From assembly GCA_964252035.1 (NCBI GenBank), contig OZ176212.1: a stretch of 64,000 bases of DNA; one strand, 5' to 3'. Position 1 is the stretch's first letter; each line of letters opens with the position of its first letter. The DNA is from Podarcis erhardii. Taxonomy: Eukaryota. Below are positions 1-14,238 of the stretch, one piece after another. The position numbers and the translations under genes were made by a program. The notes below the pieces were generated by a model. That model was given only the letters and a program-made list of their open reading frames with translations. It made no database searches and was not told the origin of the DNA.

Positions 1-63
1 TATACCTATACCTATACCTATAACCTATACCTATAACCTATACCTATACCTATACCTATACCT

Positions 64-113
<50 letters not shown>
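1..113. repeat. Hexamer microsatellite (TATACC)n grading into (CATACC)n
   Basis: Directly visible tandem hexamers; may extend beyond the window start. Confidence 0.95.
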
Positions 114-115
<2 letters not shown>

Positions 116-129
116 ACACACACCCTCTG

Positions 130-600
130 TTTTTCAGACAGGCCTTTCATACCTGAGATTCTTTACCAACCAGCTTTCCATTGATATACCTGCCATTTTT
201 AAATGGTTTCCTCTGGTTTTCAGGTATTATACCGCCTTGGGATATTTTAGCGGAATTGTGATGTTTTTGACAGAATTTTACAGACTGGAATAAAGTGGAC
301 CTGGAAAGTGCAATCTCCTACCATATTCACCTGTAGCCCTGCCATCCTCCCCCTTTTCTACCCATTAACCGAAGACCCAAACTGTTCTCAGATATTAACT
401 TTTGTAGTAAAAAAGTCCAAATAACATGTTTCCATTTTTCCATTGTCATTCATCCATTTTTTTGGGGGGTGGGTCGGGGGGGACCTCGTTGTTACCTACT
501 ACATAGTTGGATACAATATTATTGCTACCACAAACGATGTTGGGGTTTTTATGCTTGCAAAATGCAAAAATGGTTTAGTTGGATAATATTGTATTGGAGA
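130..600 (-). mobile_element. Possible degenerate L1/Tx1-like LINE ORF2 fragment
   Basis: Minus-strand translation gives broken, stop-riddled stretches loosely resembling the L1-clade ORF2 C-terminus. Weak, by-eye similarity only. Confidence 0.3.
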
Positions 601-1747
601 AACATAAGGAAACTCTTTCAAATGGAATCTGTCAATAGTCACCCTGGAATCTAAGGCATGGTTATAGGACTGAGGCGACCATTTGAGCACCTGCCACTTA
701 AAATCTAATTCAATTAAAATTAATAAAAAGTAACTTTAGACTTTGATATTTACATGTTTGCTGTTGCACATTGACTTACCCTGTCTTATCACAAAATTTC
801 ACTCTATGGGCTTGCAGCCATCTATCTCAGTATGCATTTAGCAGGTCTGTAAGGGCTAGGAGGATGCTGTGTCGGGCTTCTGCCTCCTCTTCTATATTTA
901 TCACATTCAGGAGACCTACCAAAGTACTAAATTTAATCTGGTCCAATAAACAACATGCTTACCTGCTCTTTCTAAAATGTTATCGCTGTTTTTCTGGGTC
1001 GGTTAGGGCTTCTGCTGCCCTGAGATATACAGGTGAAGGGCGGTATACAAATTTTAAAAAGAATAACAATATAAAGATTCATATAGTGCCCATGTTGTGC
1101 TTAGTGTGGTTCAGAAGTTACTTTTTGCCCAGAGACATCTCAGTTGAAGAACTCCAGTTGCTGTGGACTGAAGAACTTGGGGATAAGGGTTGATTTCTCT
1201 GTCCCTGGAAGAAAAGGAGCAGATGGTTTTGTGTTTGTAATGCAAGTTGCATTGGGCAAAACTGTAAATGCAAATGGTGCTTGATTTGCTAAATCCAGTA
1301 TAGCTGCAAGTCTAAAGGTGACCTGAGTTGCAAAACCAAATTTACGGTGAAGCACCTAGTAATTTTAGGCACTCAGAATGTGACAAAGATGCTGAAAAAA
1401 ACACAGACAAGTAGAATATACTCAAACCAGTGCAGTAGTGACAAGCTCCCTGAAATCCAGAAGTAGATTTTAAAAGTCACTATCACTCCCCTTCCTTTCC
1501 CTGTATAGTAATCTATCTGAAGCCACAATAATTTGCTGACCAGGCTCATTGCAGCTGTCTTTCTGCCTTTAAAGGGAGTGTTAAATGTACAAAGCAACTG
1601 CATACAGGGTGCATTCAAGTACATCTGTAAACAAGACACACTGCTAAGTTTCACTCAGAGCAGACCCACTGCAATTAATGGACATGACTGTTAGGTCCAT
1701 TAATTGCATTGGATTTACTCTGAGTAAACTTACTAATAATAAGAATT

Positions 1748-1850
1748 TTATTATTTATACCCTGCCCATCTGACTGGCTTGCCCCAGCCACTCGGGGGGG
1801 GGGGGAGGCTTCCAGCATATATAAAAACATGAGAAAATGTTAAACAATAA
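1748..1850 (-). mobile_element. L2 LINE 3' tip
   Basis: Reverse complement of the 3' end seen on the longer L2 copies (ATTTATACCCTGCCCATCTGACTGGCTTGCCCCAGCCACTC). Confidence 0.7.
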
Positions 1851-2226
1851 AAGAACTTCCCCTATACTTGGTTGAATACTGTGTTTCTGAACTCTGTGGA
1901 GTGAACCCCACCTTAACAGTGCATTGGCCATGTGTACTTATCAGGACTTTGAATGCTGATTCAGTCATTCTGTTTTGCTTTTTTTGCTCCTGCCATGCTC
2001 TCTGCATCCCCTGAACGTTTATTTATTTGAATGTTCAGCTGTCAGTTTTATTTTTCTTAAAGAAAAGAAAGAAAAGGGAAATCCATTTTTTTAAAAAATT
2101 GCCAAACAACATGTGGAATGAGCAGAGGTGGAGGGTTTGTGACATTGCTGGGGCCAGCCAGTCAGCTCATCCCTACTGATGAAATGGTTTGTCCTTCTGG
2201 GTCCTGTGGTGGATATTCTTCTACAG

Positions 2227-2362
2227 CAGGCACAGGCAAACTCGGCCCTCCAGATGTTTTGGGACTACAATTCCCATCATCCCTGACCACTGGTCCTCTT
2301 AGCTGGGGATGATGGGAGTTGTAGTCCCAAAACATCTGGAGGGCCGAGTTTGCCTATGCCTG
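2227..2362. mobile_element. hAT (Charlie-like) MITE, fold-back
   Basis: Long inverted arms CAGGCACAGGCAAACTCGGCCC...GGGCCGAGTTTGCCTATGCCTG; perfect 8-bp TSD TTCTACAG (2219-2226 and 2363-2370). Confidence 0.9.
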
Positions 2363-3528
2363 TTCTACAGCAGCCTAACTACTGCTCAGCTAATGCACGC
2401 TTTATATGGAGCCCAGGTTAACATTCAGAAGGAATAGATGCAGTGGGCTGTGAAATATTGCGCAATGATATCAATCTTCACATATCAACACATGCCACGC
2501 TTTATTGTCCGTATGGGCAGGCAAAGATAAGCACACACAGCCTGTGCGCAGCACATTGCACTATAAGCAGTTCATATTAGAGGCACATGCACTGTTCCCA
2601 TCACATACACACAAAACAGGTTATCTCTCCATATTATCTCACATTCTCCATAAGAGTAAATAGATAATAACCAGAAGCCCATATCAAAAGAATTGGCTGA
2701 TTGAAGCATATGAATGGGTGGTATCAGTTTGCTTGCACAGTGGGACTTTCAGTTTCTTTTTGCCCCCTCCCCCAGCCCCCAAAATCTGATTCTTTAATGC
2801 CTCAGTTTTGTTACTTGCTGTAAAAAAAAGAAAGAAAGATGGTTTTAACACCCAACTGCATTTTTTCTGGTATCCTGAGCAGACTTCTCTGAAGTATTCG
2901 GTGATGTAAAAAAACATCAACCTGTGTGTGAGATACCATACACAAAGACTGCTTGTCAATGCCTTCAGCATTATCAAATGGTTATAATGTTGGGTAAAAT
3001 AGATACTCAAGCAAGCCTTGCAGTTTGTGAAAACACAATTATAGTTTTATCAATTAGGTGTGCAGTGCGTTACTCAGGGGGGTCAATGAGCTTTATAGAG
3101 GCTTGCAGAATGAATTTCTGGGTGTGTTTTATTTTTTTGGCCGAATGGATGATAGAATTTGCCAAGGACTCTTCAATCAGCCTTCTGCAAGTCGCTCCTT
3201 CTCCAGTTTGTTTTATTTGTGATTTGGTAGCAATAATACCATTGGCCTGCCCCACTTTGATAATTAATGAGATAATAATTGTATGAGTACTGCGTTGCCT
3301 TCTGACAAATAGCATCCTATGTGTGTGCACTTAACTATTTCCACTGTTAATTACAAGGCGCAAATGCTATGTTTCCGTCTCTTAGGTAGTTGAGTATATA
3401 AATGGAGCATAGCTTAACCTTATCTGTTATTCGGCCTCCAAAATGGCTTGGGGGGAAATGAACTTAAGTGCTTTACCACCCCTCCCATCTCGGCATGATA
3501 AGCTCTTAATATATGGCTCCTTTTCCAG

Positions 3529-3564
3529 CGTGTGCATGTTGTTCGGTTTGCCGCATTGTCCAAG
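3529..3564 (+). CDS. REEP1: REEP1 36-nt Cys-rich exon
   Basis: TTTTCCAG acceptor, GTGAGT donor, phase 1-1, encodes CACCSVCRIVQ. Confidence 0.82.
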
Positions 3565-6500
3565 GTGAGTACTGGATTCCTCTTCGGAAATCCATGCGCC
3601 CTTTGTGAAACCTTAGTTCCCGCTCCTTGCATTTGCTGTGCCCTAACTGGGGGTTTTATTACTGACAACCAAATATCAAATGTATGCACCTTAATGCATG
3701 TGGTTTTAATAGGTGCCCTTCACAATGAGCTGTGTGCCTTGGCGAGACTTCAGAGTGTTGTTTTTGTGTGAGCATTGTACAGAAAAATGGGATTGTTTCA
3801 TAAGGTATTTTAACACTGATGTTTAGTATGTGTTTTGCTTTAATTCCCGATGAAGGAAGGATTACTCAGATTAACAGGTGCCATCACAAAGTCATGGCTG
3901 GCTTGAATTTGGACGGTTCAATATTAGCTTTAGATTTTGCAGCCTCTTTCAAATTGATCCAGTCACAAAAATGGCCCCTGATAGCATGTGCAACATGTGC
4001 ATTAAGGCACTTGTTTGCAAAGGTTTCCAGTGTTTCAAAATCCACTGTAGGGCACAACCTTTATTGGGATGAAACAAGATGTCACAAAATAGTGAGCAAG
4101 CTTTCATCTTCTCCAGAACTCTTCCTCGGGCTGGATGTTAAACAAATTGTGTATGTAAGGAGGGAGGCTGTCTTGCTGTTAAAGTCATACATCTGCAGCT
4201 GCGTACACACAATACCTTTTAAAGCACAGTCTTCCCCTCAAAGAATTCTGGGCACCATAGTTTACTGGCACAGTGAAGGGGCCTGGATTAGGCCTGTTGG
4301 CATCAAGGATTGGAATCAATCCTCCAGTTTGAGGGGTTTCTGCTGGCTACTGTTGGCGGTGATACTGGCGCCAGTAGCTTCTAAGTAAGGAAGAAAGAAG
4401 GGAGTGATGATTCCTGTTCCAAAGTAATCATCACAATCAGCCCTGCTTCTGTTCTGCTGCAGTTCAGTTTCTGCCAAACACTGTGTTATTCATCTCGCTG
4501 TCCACTGATATAAGTTGCGTGACTTGCATGATATGTTGTGTAACTATTTACGTAACTTGCTTAACATACGTTCATTTCAATGTAAAGGAAGCACTGAAAC
4601 CGTTTAAAAACAAAACAAAAAAACACCCCAGTCTCTAGTACAGTAATGGACTGTTTGCAGACTTAAAAAGAACGATGTGAATGAATGCCAGTTGCATTTG
4701 CCTGACTGATTTCTGTTCCTGACCACAGATGAATACACAGACCACAGAAATTTCTGCTTCCTTTTTTGTTGTGGTTGGAATTCCTATTTTTCTCTGACTA
4801 CCATTTGGGTGGGCACATTGGGCGACTCCTCACTGGAGGCATTTGGCTAAGCTATGTGAGAGCTCTGTGTGTTTGAATGGAATGGGTAAGCGTGTGTTTC
4901 TTGGTGCTGGTATAAAAGTGTGGGTTTTTGTGTTTGTGTTTGTGCCTGCAAGTAGGTGGTAAATATCCTAGGCACTTGATTCCTTGAAATGAGCTAAATT
5001 GGTTGTCATAATACACATAATTTCCCTTAGTGTTCTGCTTTGCATTGATGTTGAGTTCCCTTCCATGTATCCTCTTGGTCTGCGACTTGGTTCACTGCCT
5101 TGCGTGACTTGCTTTGCATGAGTTTGAGTTCTTTGCCATGGATTCACTACCTGTTCTTTGGAATAGAAGCTCTTGGTCTCAGTGGGACCCACCTGTAAAA
5201 TGGTATCAAGGGACTTGTGCAAGCAGATGTGTAATTTGCGTGTCTATTCCTGCCCCCTCCCACTGAATGGAATAAAATCACGACACAAGACACGGAATTT
5301 AGGTTAATGGGTGAAAAATGGCCACAACTTTATTGATTACAGGTAAGAACGGTATTGGCTTTAGGCATTGGCCCTATCAGACTAACTGGTATAACCGGAA
5401 GCTGCTGGGAGGAAAAGAAAGGGGCGAGCATGGGCTTCCCTGACCTTAAATGCCCCATATTCGCCCCGCCCCCGCCGCCAGCCGATTGGCTGACCGATGC
5501 ATAATGCATAGTAATGATCCCGGGATTCCCTTGATCCCGCGGGGCTGCAGCCAGCCCCGTGAGAGTGTGAATGGGGCGTGAGACCGCAACCCCCCCCCCC
5601 TCCTGATGTCGGGAGTGGCATTAAAGAGTTTATTGCTGAGCTGCACACTTTGACATTGCTAGGCTCTGCCCCTGAAGCTCACCTGGATACTAGAATTTTG
5701 CCATCCTAGCTCTTGCTGTTTGAAACAAAATGCTAAATGCGATGGACCTTAGTCTAATTCAGCAATGCCATTATTATAAATGAGAAGCGCTGCAAAGGCT
5801 TCAAGAGGAATGATTAGATTAAATAAGGGCTGGAAAGTGAATCTGGGATTTAGCCCACATCAGTAGTGCTTTTAGGAAGAGCTGTTCCAGTGGGAAAGTA
5901 TTGGAAACCATTGCGCATTATAGCTGATGATTACTTCTGGATATAATCTGAATGAATATTCAGTTTAGGAATCCATTTTTCAGAGTTCACTTGTAGTAGA
6001 TATTAAGAAAATGGCCCAGCAATGTCCAAACGGACACCACCAGATTACAATATAAGAATGAGCAGCTATAAGCCCAATGGTAAATCTGGATCCCATCCAT
6101 TGTTGTTAAAAGCCTTTATATTTGAGACAAAACTTAGACAAGATTCATTTATGGGGAAGCAAATAGAAATATGATGACATCATTTCCAAACCTCTGTAGC
6201 CTTAAAATACGTTAGTGTTTGCTTAGTTTGTTTTGTCTAGAATCTAGTAAAGAGAAAAGATATTGTTGATAATTACATAAAAGGGTAACAGATTTTTTTA
6301 AAAAAAGCAGTACCATCTCTGTTTGTTAAGTAAACACCACTTGTTAGAAGATGCTGATCTCTACAAGGCATGAAGAGTGGTTTCATTTGCTTTCTTTGCA
6401 CAAAATACAGACACTATTTTGTTTAAAGTAATACTATTGACTGTACTGGTGACTCCTAACTTAAATGTTTTAGCTGTTTAATTAATCCTCTATATTTTCT

Positions 6501-9500
6501 ATTATACTGTAGAATGAGCTGGTGAGAAATCCTATTGATAAGGCAGTGGCTAAAATAGTAAAATTGAGCTGACTTGAATAGTTTAAAAATGAATGCTATT
6601 TGTGGCCATCTCCAAAAAAGAAAAAAAAAAGAAAAAAAGAAAAAGACTATTGAGTTCAGTTGATGATGCTATTTCTGCTGCCAAGTACTTTCTATTTACT
6701 GTTTTTTCTTTCTTTCCTTATGTAAATATTTTGGGATATGGATGTAAGTGTTACTGGTTTGCATGGCTTGGACAGACTTCCAAGTAAATAGTCATAGAGT
6801 TTGCACTGCTCAACTAAGAATTGCTTCTTTCTCACCCTTAAATTTTTTAGTAGTACTGTATATAGGTTGTTCCTAACTGTGTGCAGTGTGCCCGGAAATC
6901 CTTCTCTAATCACTGACTTTGTAGATTTTATTTTGTTCTAATAGATGGGCCTCATTTCATCAGACTGCTCTGTGCTGGCTTTTTGGCTTACCAGCAAAGT
7001 GGTTGTAGGCAAATGTCTTATGTAGTTTTCTTCTGATCAAAGCATATATTACGCTATGTGAACCAGCAATGTTTGTGTAGCAGTTGATGCTTGTTGTAGC
7101 CTAACTGAAGTGTGAAAATCTGCCTAGATTTTGTTTTTCTTGGCGACTTGAGGAGCAGAAAGCATGAGGCTTTCAAATGTGACTTACTGCTGCATAGAAA
7201 TCCAAATATAACGCCTGTTTATAGTACCTGATCCCTTTACAGACCTTTAGCTCCTTGAACTTACCTACATTCATTAGAGATTAGAGACTGGTGACATATG
7301 AAGCAAAGTAAGTCCTTCAGCCACACACAAGTGACAATCTTATATTACAGTAAATCCCTAAGAAGAGCTTTGCTGTCAAATCAAAGTTGCTACAGCAGCT
7401 TATTCTTAACAGTGGCTAGGCATATTGTTTACATGGGGTTTATTTTAATTAAAAATCATAGATAATAACTGGCCATACACCTGTCCTCCATTAATTTGCC
7501 CAAGCCCTTTTTAAAGTCACTGGCAATCTCCATAACTTAGTTTCTGCTTTGTGTGGTAAAAGAACTTTATGTCAGTTTCATGGGTGATTCTGAGATCTAG
7601 TTTTAAAGAAGGAAAAAATATACCTGTCTGCTTTCTCCACCCAATGCATAATTTAAAAAAACCTCTATCAAGACCTCACTTTAATTGCCTTTGGTTTTCT
7701 AAAGCAAAAGCCCCAAACACTTTAGCCTTTCTTCCAATAACAGTATAATTTTGGTTGCCCTCATTCACCCAATGTGCATTTCTTATACCGGTACTTGCAC
7801 TGAATCTCATTTGCAATTTATTGACGTTGGAAGTGGAATGAAATGATGTTTCCCCCTGAATTGACAAAACACACACAGCTCCATTCTTGGTTTCCTGGCA
7901 AATGTTTTCCCAGGGCTATGCTCCTTCTGTTTTCACAGCTTTTACACAGCAGAGAGCATTGGCAACCAAATTCTGCTTACCAGACTTACGATAATGCAAA
8001 TGTGCATTCAGGCAGTTTGTGGATTCATGTCCCCAAGCAATATATTGGATTCTGCTTTGTAAACAGACACTGTGGTTCATGTACATTGTGGTTTACTTGT
8101 TTATTATAAGTCTGCCTAAACCAGTTTTGTACAGCTGTGGTTGTGAAATTTGACTTGCTAGAAACTGAAATTAATGCAGAACATACAGAACATTGCTGTG
8201 TTGAAGGAAAGGAAGAGAGTGGACATTAATATTGTTCGCCTTTTAGAAATAATATGCAAATCAGATTTTATCTTTGTAATGTTTGTGTTTTTCATTGGAT
8301 TATTTAGTTGTCTATGTTGCTATATAGGCCAATTTCGTGCCAGTTCAGTGGGTCTAGGACATAACAAAGATGGGCTGATGCCAAGAAGGTTACTTGCATA
8401 TTGCCAAAAAACAGGAACAGCATCACAAAAAAGGACATTTGCATGTGTGTGTTTATATGCAAATTTAAGCAATTATTACTCGTTGTTTCAGTAGGAATGC
8501 AATGCATTCCACCATAACTGGATAAACTTGTGGCTAGGTGGTCTGTGTGTTCACTCAGTCTGCTGTTCAGCTGTTTGTTGATGGGCACATTCAAAGCCCC
8601 TGCTCTCCTTACAGCTCTTTCTAATTAAACTGGACGTAGATTAGATAGCTCTACAAATAGAGGACTGAAAAGTATGGCTCAGGGCCACCCTGGGTGTTTC
8701 TCACCTCCCTGATCAGTCTAGGGACAGTGCTTCAGTGTTTAGTTTCCTTTGGATAAGAGGAAGCGTTGGACACCTACAGCTTCTTCATAAATTTAAGGTG
8801 TCTTCACAACCGGAAGCAAGCAGATTTCTAAATAGGAAAACAGCTTGTATCTAAACTCACATCAGGTTCCTGATGAACGTAACTCCACCCTAAGTATGTA
8901 ATAACACTCAGCTTTCTCTGCATTCCCCGACTCAAATTTCAATGAAGTGTTTCTTTGTTTCCTATCAGCAGAAAGGTAACACCCTCCAAAGTTAGGAGTG
9001 AAAAGCCAATCAAGGAACATCAATGTTTCTTTGCTGAAGACTCTGACCACCCAATGGCTGTCTTCAAGACAGCCAAACTCACAGCATTATTCTCAATACC
9101 CATTGCTATGAGAGGTTAATCTTTACATTGTACGCAGAACACACTATTCAGAATTTGTTCGCGGCATCAGGAACATTTTATAACACTCTGTGTTTGGTGT
9201 TTGTCAACAGTGTTTGCCTGGACTATAATTGAGCACTGATAATTCATTTGGCATTTAGTGATGGCGTAAATATGCCCAGTGGCACTTTTTGTTCCACTAC
9301 ACTAGATTAGGCAATTATTCCTGATTAACTTTCTCAGTTCAGTAAACTATGCTCCATTTGGTTTTGTTATACAGGAACTAAAATTATTCTGATCTAGTCA
9401 TCCATATTACCCCCTTTGAAATCCACAAATAAATGAAGGCATCTAGCAGTTAAATCCTAAACATACCTGCTCAGAAGTAAGCCCACTGAGTCCAATGGAA

Positions 9501-12051
9501 CTTACTCCCAAATTAGCACAGGGTGACAGCCTAAATTCATAATAATCATGGGTGTTGCATTGAAATCTTCTTAAGCAACTCAAGCTGACAACTAAAAATT
9601 GTTCCTGGTGTGTGCCTTTTAACCCTGCTTATATTATTAACCCCGGCAAATGCATGGATGAGGCAATTGTTGGCGTTAGTCCATTAGCGGACAACCATCT
9701 CTGACCTTTCCATCTCCTCTTTCTCTTCACCATTTAGATCTTAAATGGCTGTTCTAAGTGGTTGAACTAGAGGTTGAGGCAGAGAGTGAAAGGCCACCTG
9801 AGGCAAACTGTGAACCAACGGGAGTTGTGTTCTCAGATGATGAAGAGAACGACTCATTGGATAGCACATCCAAGGCTAAAACACCTAAAAAGAAGGATCC
9901 CGTCATTGAGGTATTTTCACATTGGAAATGGGATTAAGAATACAGGGCCTGACTTCTACAAATGCTATTTTCTTTTGCGATGGAACGGTTGTTGAGGCTG
10001 GCCCTGAATCCAATAGAATTATAAAACTGCATGTAGGTCGTCTTAGGCCAAGAGTGAGGACCCTGTGGCCCTCCGGATGATGAAGAACTACAACTCCCAT
10101 CACCCCCAGAAAGCATGCTGACCGTGGCTGATGGGAGTTGGAGTCCGGTAACATATGGAGGACCACAGATTCCCCACCCCTGTCCTAGACACATCTATCC
10201 AGAACTGGAATGTGTCCTTTGAATTATGGGAGTGGAATGTCGTCACATTTAAATAGCATAGAGATGTTTTAAAAAGGTGCATATTTATTTCTCAATCTAC
10301 CAGTGTTCTAGGATTGGAAAACCTTCATTTTAAGGGAGAACCCTATTTCAAATCCACTCTCGCCACCACCAAAAGGTGTGGGAAATATCTTCTGAGCCGT
10401 GTAAGCAGCAAAGAAACTGTTCAGTGTCACATATTATAAAAGTAAAGGGACCCCTGATCATTAGGTCCAGTCGTAGCCGACTCTGGGGTTGCGGCGCTCA
10501 TCTCGCTTTACTGGCCGAGGGAGCCAGCGTACGGCTTCCGGGTCATGTGGCCAGCATGACTAACCCCTTTTGGCGAACCAGAGCAGCGCACGGAAACGCT
10601 GTTTACCTTCCCGCTGGAGCGGTACCTATTTATCTACTTGCACTTTGATGTGCTTTCAAACTGCTAGGTTGGCAGGAGCAGGGACCGAGCAACGGGAGCT
10701 CACCCCATGGCGGGGATTCAAACCGCCGACCATCTGATTGGCAAGTCCTAGGCTCTGTGGTTTAACCCACAACGCCACCCGCGTCCCGTCACATATTATG
10801 CTTGGCAGCAATTTAGCCTTCATGCACTTAGGTTTTGCCTTGCTCTTTTAGCTCCAGTCTCTGCCTGCAAGCACAGTAATAATGACGTTGGGGTCACAGA
10901 CATATAAATGGTTGAAATGTACAAGCACCTCTCTTTTTAAAAGTTCTATGTCTGACAAGCAACCTTTTTAAAAATACAGTGGTACCTTGGTTATCGAATG
11001 GCTTAGTTGCCGAACAAATCGGCTCCCAAATGCTGCAAACCCGGAAGTAAGTGTTTGCGAAGGTTTTTTGGAAGCTGAACGTCCGACGCAGCTTCTGCTT
11101 GAGTGCAATAAGCTCCTGCAGCACGCGGAAGGCGCGCCTTGGTTTTTGAACGGTTTTGGGAGTTGAACGGACTTCCAGAACGGATTAAGAACCAAGGTAC
11201 CACTGTAGCAAGCTGCAGCTGCTTCCAGGACAGGGCCTCTCATGAGGCAAAGTGAGGTGACCGCCTCAGGCCACGGGATCTAGAGGGGCAACATATCTGG
11301 CCTCCAAGGAACCCTCGCCCGCTGCAACATGCTTTCTGGAGGCCAGATCTGCCACCTTCTTGGCAGTCCCACCAGTGCCTCTTCCGCGATGGCTTCTTAG
11401 TGAATAGGAGGCACTGCTGGTGTTGCCCCACCTCAAGGGAGGAAATGGTGGTGGCTGCCCTCTGGGGTCTCTTGGGTCCATCCCCCCCACCCCCCAACAG
11501 CCTTTTTCTCCCCACTTCAACTGTTGGGTAAGGTTGATTTGATTCCCCCCGCCTAGTTCCTGATGCATATCTTCATTCCCACCTCCCCTATCCCCAATTT
11601 ATTTCTACGCTCCCCCTTCCCTTCTTCCCTGGCGCAGGAAGACAATTTTGTGGTTCGCCTCGGGTGCCTAATTGTCTTCAGTCGGCCCTGTCTGCTTCCT
11701 ATGGAAATATATAGGGGAAGCATATGCAAAAGCCACCAAGATGTTAAGAGTTCAGTTCTGTTCATGACTAGGCAGAAGTAAAAGTAGCATAGCTGCTGTT
11801 GAAGTATTATCAAGAGCAGCAAGCTTGTGGATTTGCTCTGCCCGTAATCCTTTTTAAGTGCCAGCCAAACCTTTATAAAGACTGGGGCTGAAAGAACAAG
11901 GGGGGAAAGTATAGGTGCCTAGAGCCTCAATTGTAAATGAGCACAATAGTTGATCCTGTATAAGACCCTGATTGTACACATGTTTTATTATGCTATTATA
12001 TTTGTTGGGAGCTGCCAAGAGTGGCTGGGGCAACCCAGTTAGATAGGCAGG

Positions 12052-12094
<43 letters not shown>

Positions 12095-14192
12095 TGGGCA
12101 GCTTTCATGGTTGGGGGACATGGGTGAATATGCAGTAGCCTTTTCTTGTACATTGAAGGGTTTCTTAAAAACAATTTAAAAAATCATGGAATTTCCTTCA
12201 TTTTGAAAAGGGATTCCCTCCACTAAATGAGCATTTTCAGAGAGCAGGAGAGGTAAAGGTAAAGGTAAAGGGACCCCTGACCATTAGGTCCAGTCGTGAC
12301 TGACTCTGGGGTTGCGGCGCTCATCTCGCTTTATTGGCCGAGGGAGCCGGCGTACAGCTTCTGGGTCATGTGGCCAGCATGACTAAGCCACTTCTGGCGA
12401 ACCAGAGCAGCACACAGAATTGCCGTTTACCTTCCCGCTGGAGCGGTACCTATTTATCTACTTGCACTTTGTCGTGCTTTCGAACTGCTAGGTTGGCAGG
12501 AGCTGGGACAGAGCAATGGGAGCTCACCCTGTCGCGGGGATTTGAACTGCCGACCTTCTGATCGGCAAGCCCTAGGCTCTGTGGTTTAACCCACAGCGCC
12601 ACCTGCAGGAGAGGTAGGTGACAGCAAATGTGAACTTCACTCTGGCTCTGTAATTCTTCACATTTATCCTGAAGGTGTTAAAAGAAGTTCACATACATTA
12701 TCACAATAAACATTCTATCGACCCTGTTGGTTAGGCTGTCTTCTTCTTCTTCTTCTTCTTCTTCATCATCATCATCATCATCATCATCCATGTTTTTATT
12801 ATTACATTAAGTTTGTCTAAAACGTTCGAGAGATGTGCTGTGCATACAATGTAGACCACTGTTTTCCCCATAATACCCGTTCTTCTCTTGGTTTGCAGCC
12901 TATGATAACTTACTGATGGATCTCAGAACAGAATGTGTTCACCGCCCTTTGAGGAAATGAACCAAACCATGGACTGCCACTGAAGTCACATTATGGGTTA
13001 TAAAAGTCAAATAACTACGCTGTAGGAAACGTATAGGGACGCGGGTGGTGCTGTGGGTTAAACCACAGAGTCTAGGGCTTGCCGATCAGAAGCTTGGCGG
13101 TTCGAATCTCTGCGACGGGGTGAGCTTCCGTTGCTCGGTCCCTGCTCCTCCCAACCTAGCAGTTCGAAAGCACATCAAAGTGCAAGTAGATAATTGCAGC
13201 GGAAAGGTAAACGGCGTTTCCGTGCGCTGCTCTGGTTCGCCAGAAGCGGCTTAGTCATGCTGGCCACATGACCCGGAAGCTGCACGCCGGCTCACTCGGC
13301 CAGTAAAACGAGATGAGCGCAACAACCTCAGAGTCGGCCACGACTGGACCTAATGGTCAGGGGTCTCTTTACCTTTACCTTTAGGAAACATATATACCAG
13401 GGGTCAGCAACCTTTTTCAGCCGTGGGCCGGTCCACCGTCCCTTAGACCATGTGGTGGGCCGGACTATATTTTGGAGAGAAAAAGATGAACTAATTCCTA
13501 TGCCCCACAAATAACCCAGAGATGCATTTTAAATAAAAGCACACATTCTACTCGTGTAAAAACACGCTGATTCCTGGACTGTCTGCAGGCCGGATTGAGA
13601 AGGCGATTGGGCCGCATCTGGCCCCCGGGCCTTAGGTTGCCTACCCCTGATATATACATTTTAAAGGTGGGGAATAAACACAGAGATGAATTGATCAGTA
13701 TGAATTCTCACAACTCTCCTTTATACCCAGCTCTATGTTTGTGGAGGCCGTCAGCAAAGTGCTCAGCAGTCGTTCCTCCCTACATGGGTGGGCTTACCTG
13801 GCAGCGAGGGTGAGAGCAGCAGGTGGCCATTGAGTTCCCTCAAATTCCTCTGGAGTGACACTATATATGTAGGGCATTGCGATAAATTAAAACGGTGACT
13901 CACAGACTCAGACATCAGGGCAAGTGTCAGGTGTTGGCGGGCCCTGCCTGAGAGCTTGTGGCCTTGGCAGCTGCCCAAGAGTGTCAGGAGCTGATGCCAA
14001 GCCTGGCAGTTCCCCTCCTTCCCTTTGTCTTACAGCTCAAACGGGATGCCTGCCCCCTTCCCCGCCTACTGGCTTCCGCTGCTGCAGTTTCTTCAGGGCA
14101 AATAGTTTTATTTTAGGAAGCAGGCTCCACGCAGCTTCCGTTTGGCAATCACACCTGCTGCATTACTTGCTCGTACAGCGGATCAGTTTGCA

Positions 14193-14238
<46 letters not shown>

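Noticed and set aside
771-4388. ORFs of 140 aa (771-1193) and 189 aa (3819-4388)
   Set aside because: No recognisable homology, codon pattern or splice context; intronic REEP1 sequence.
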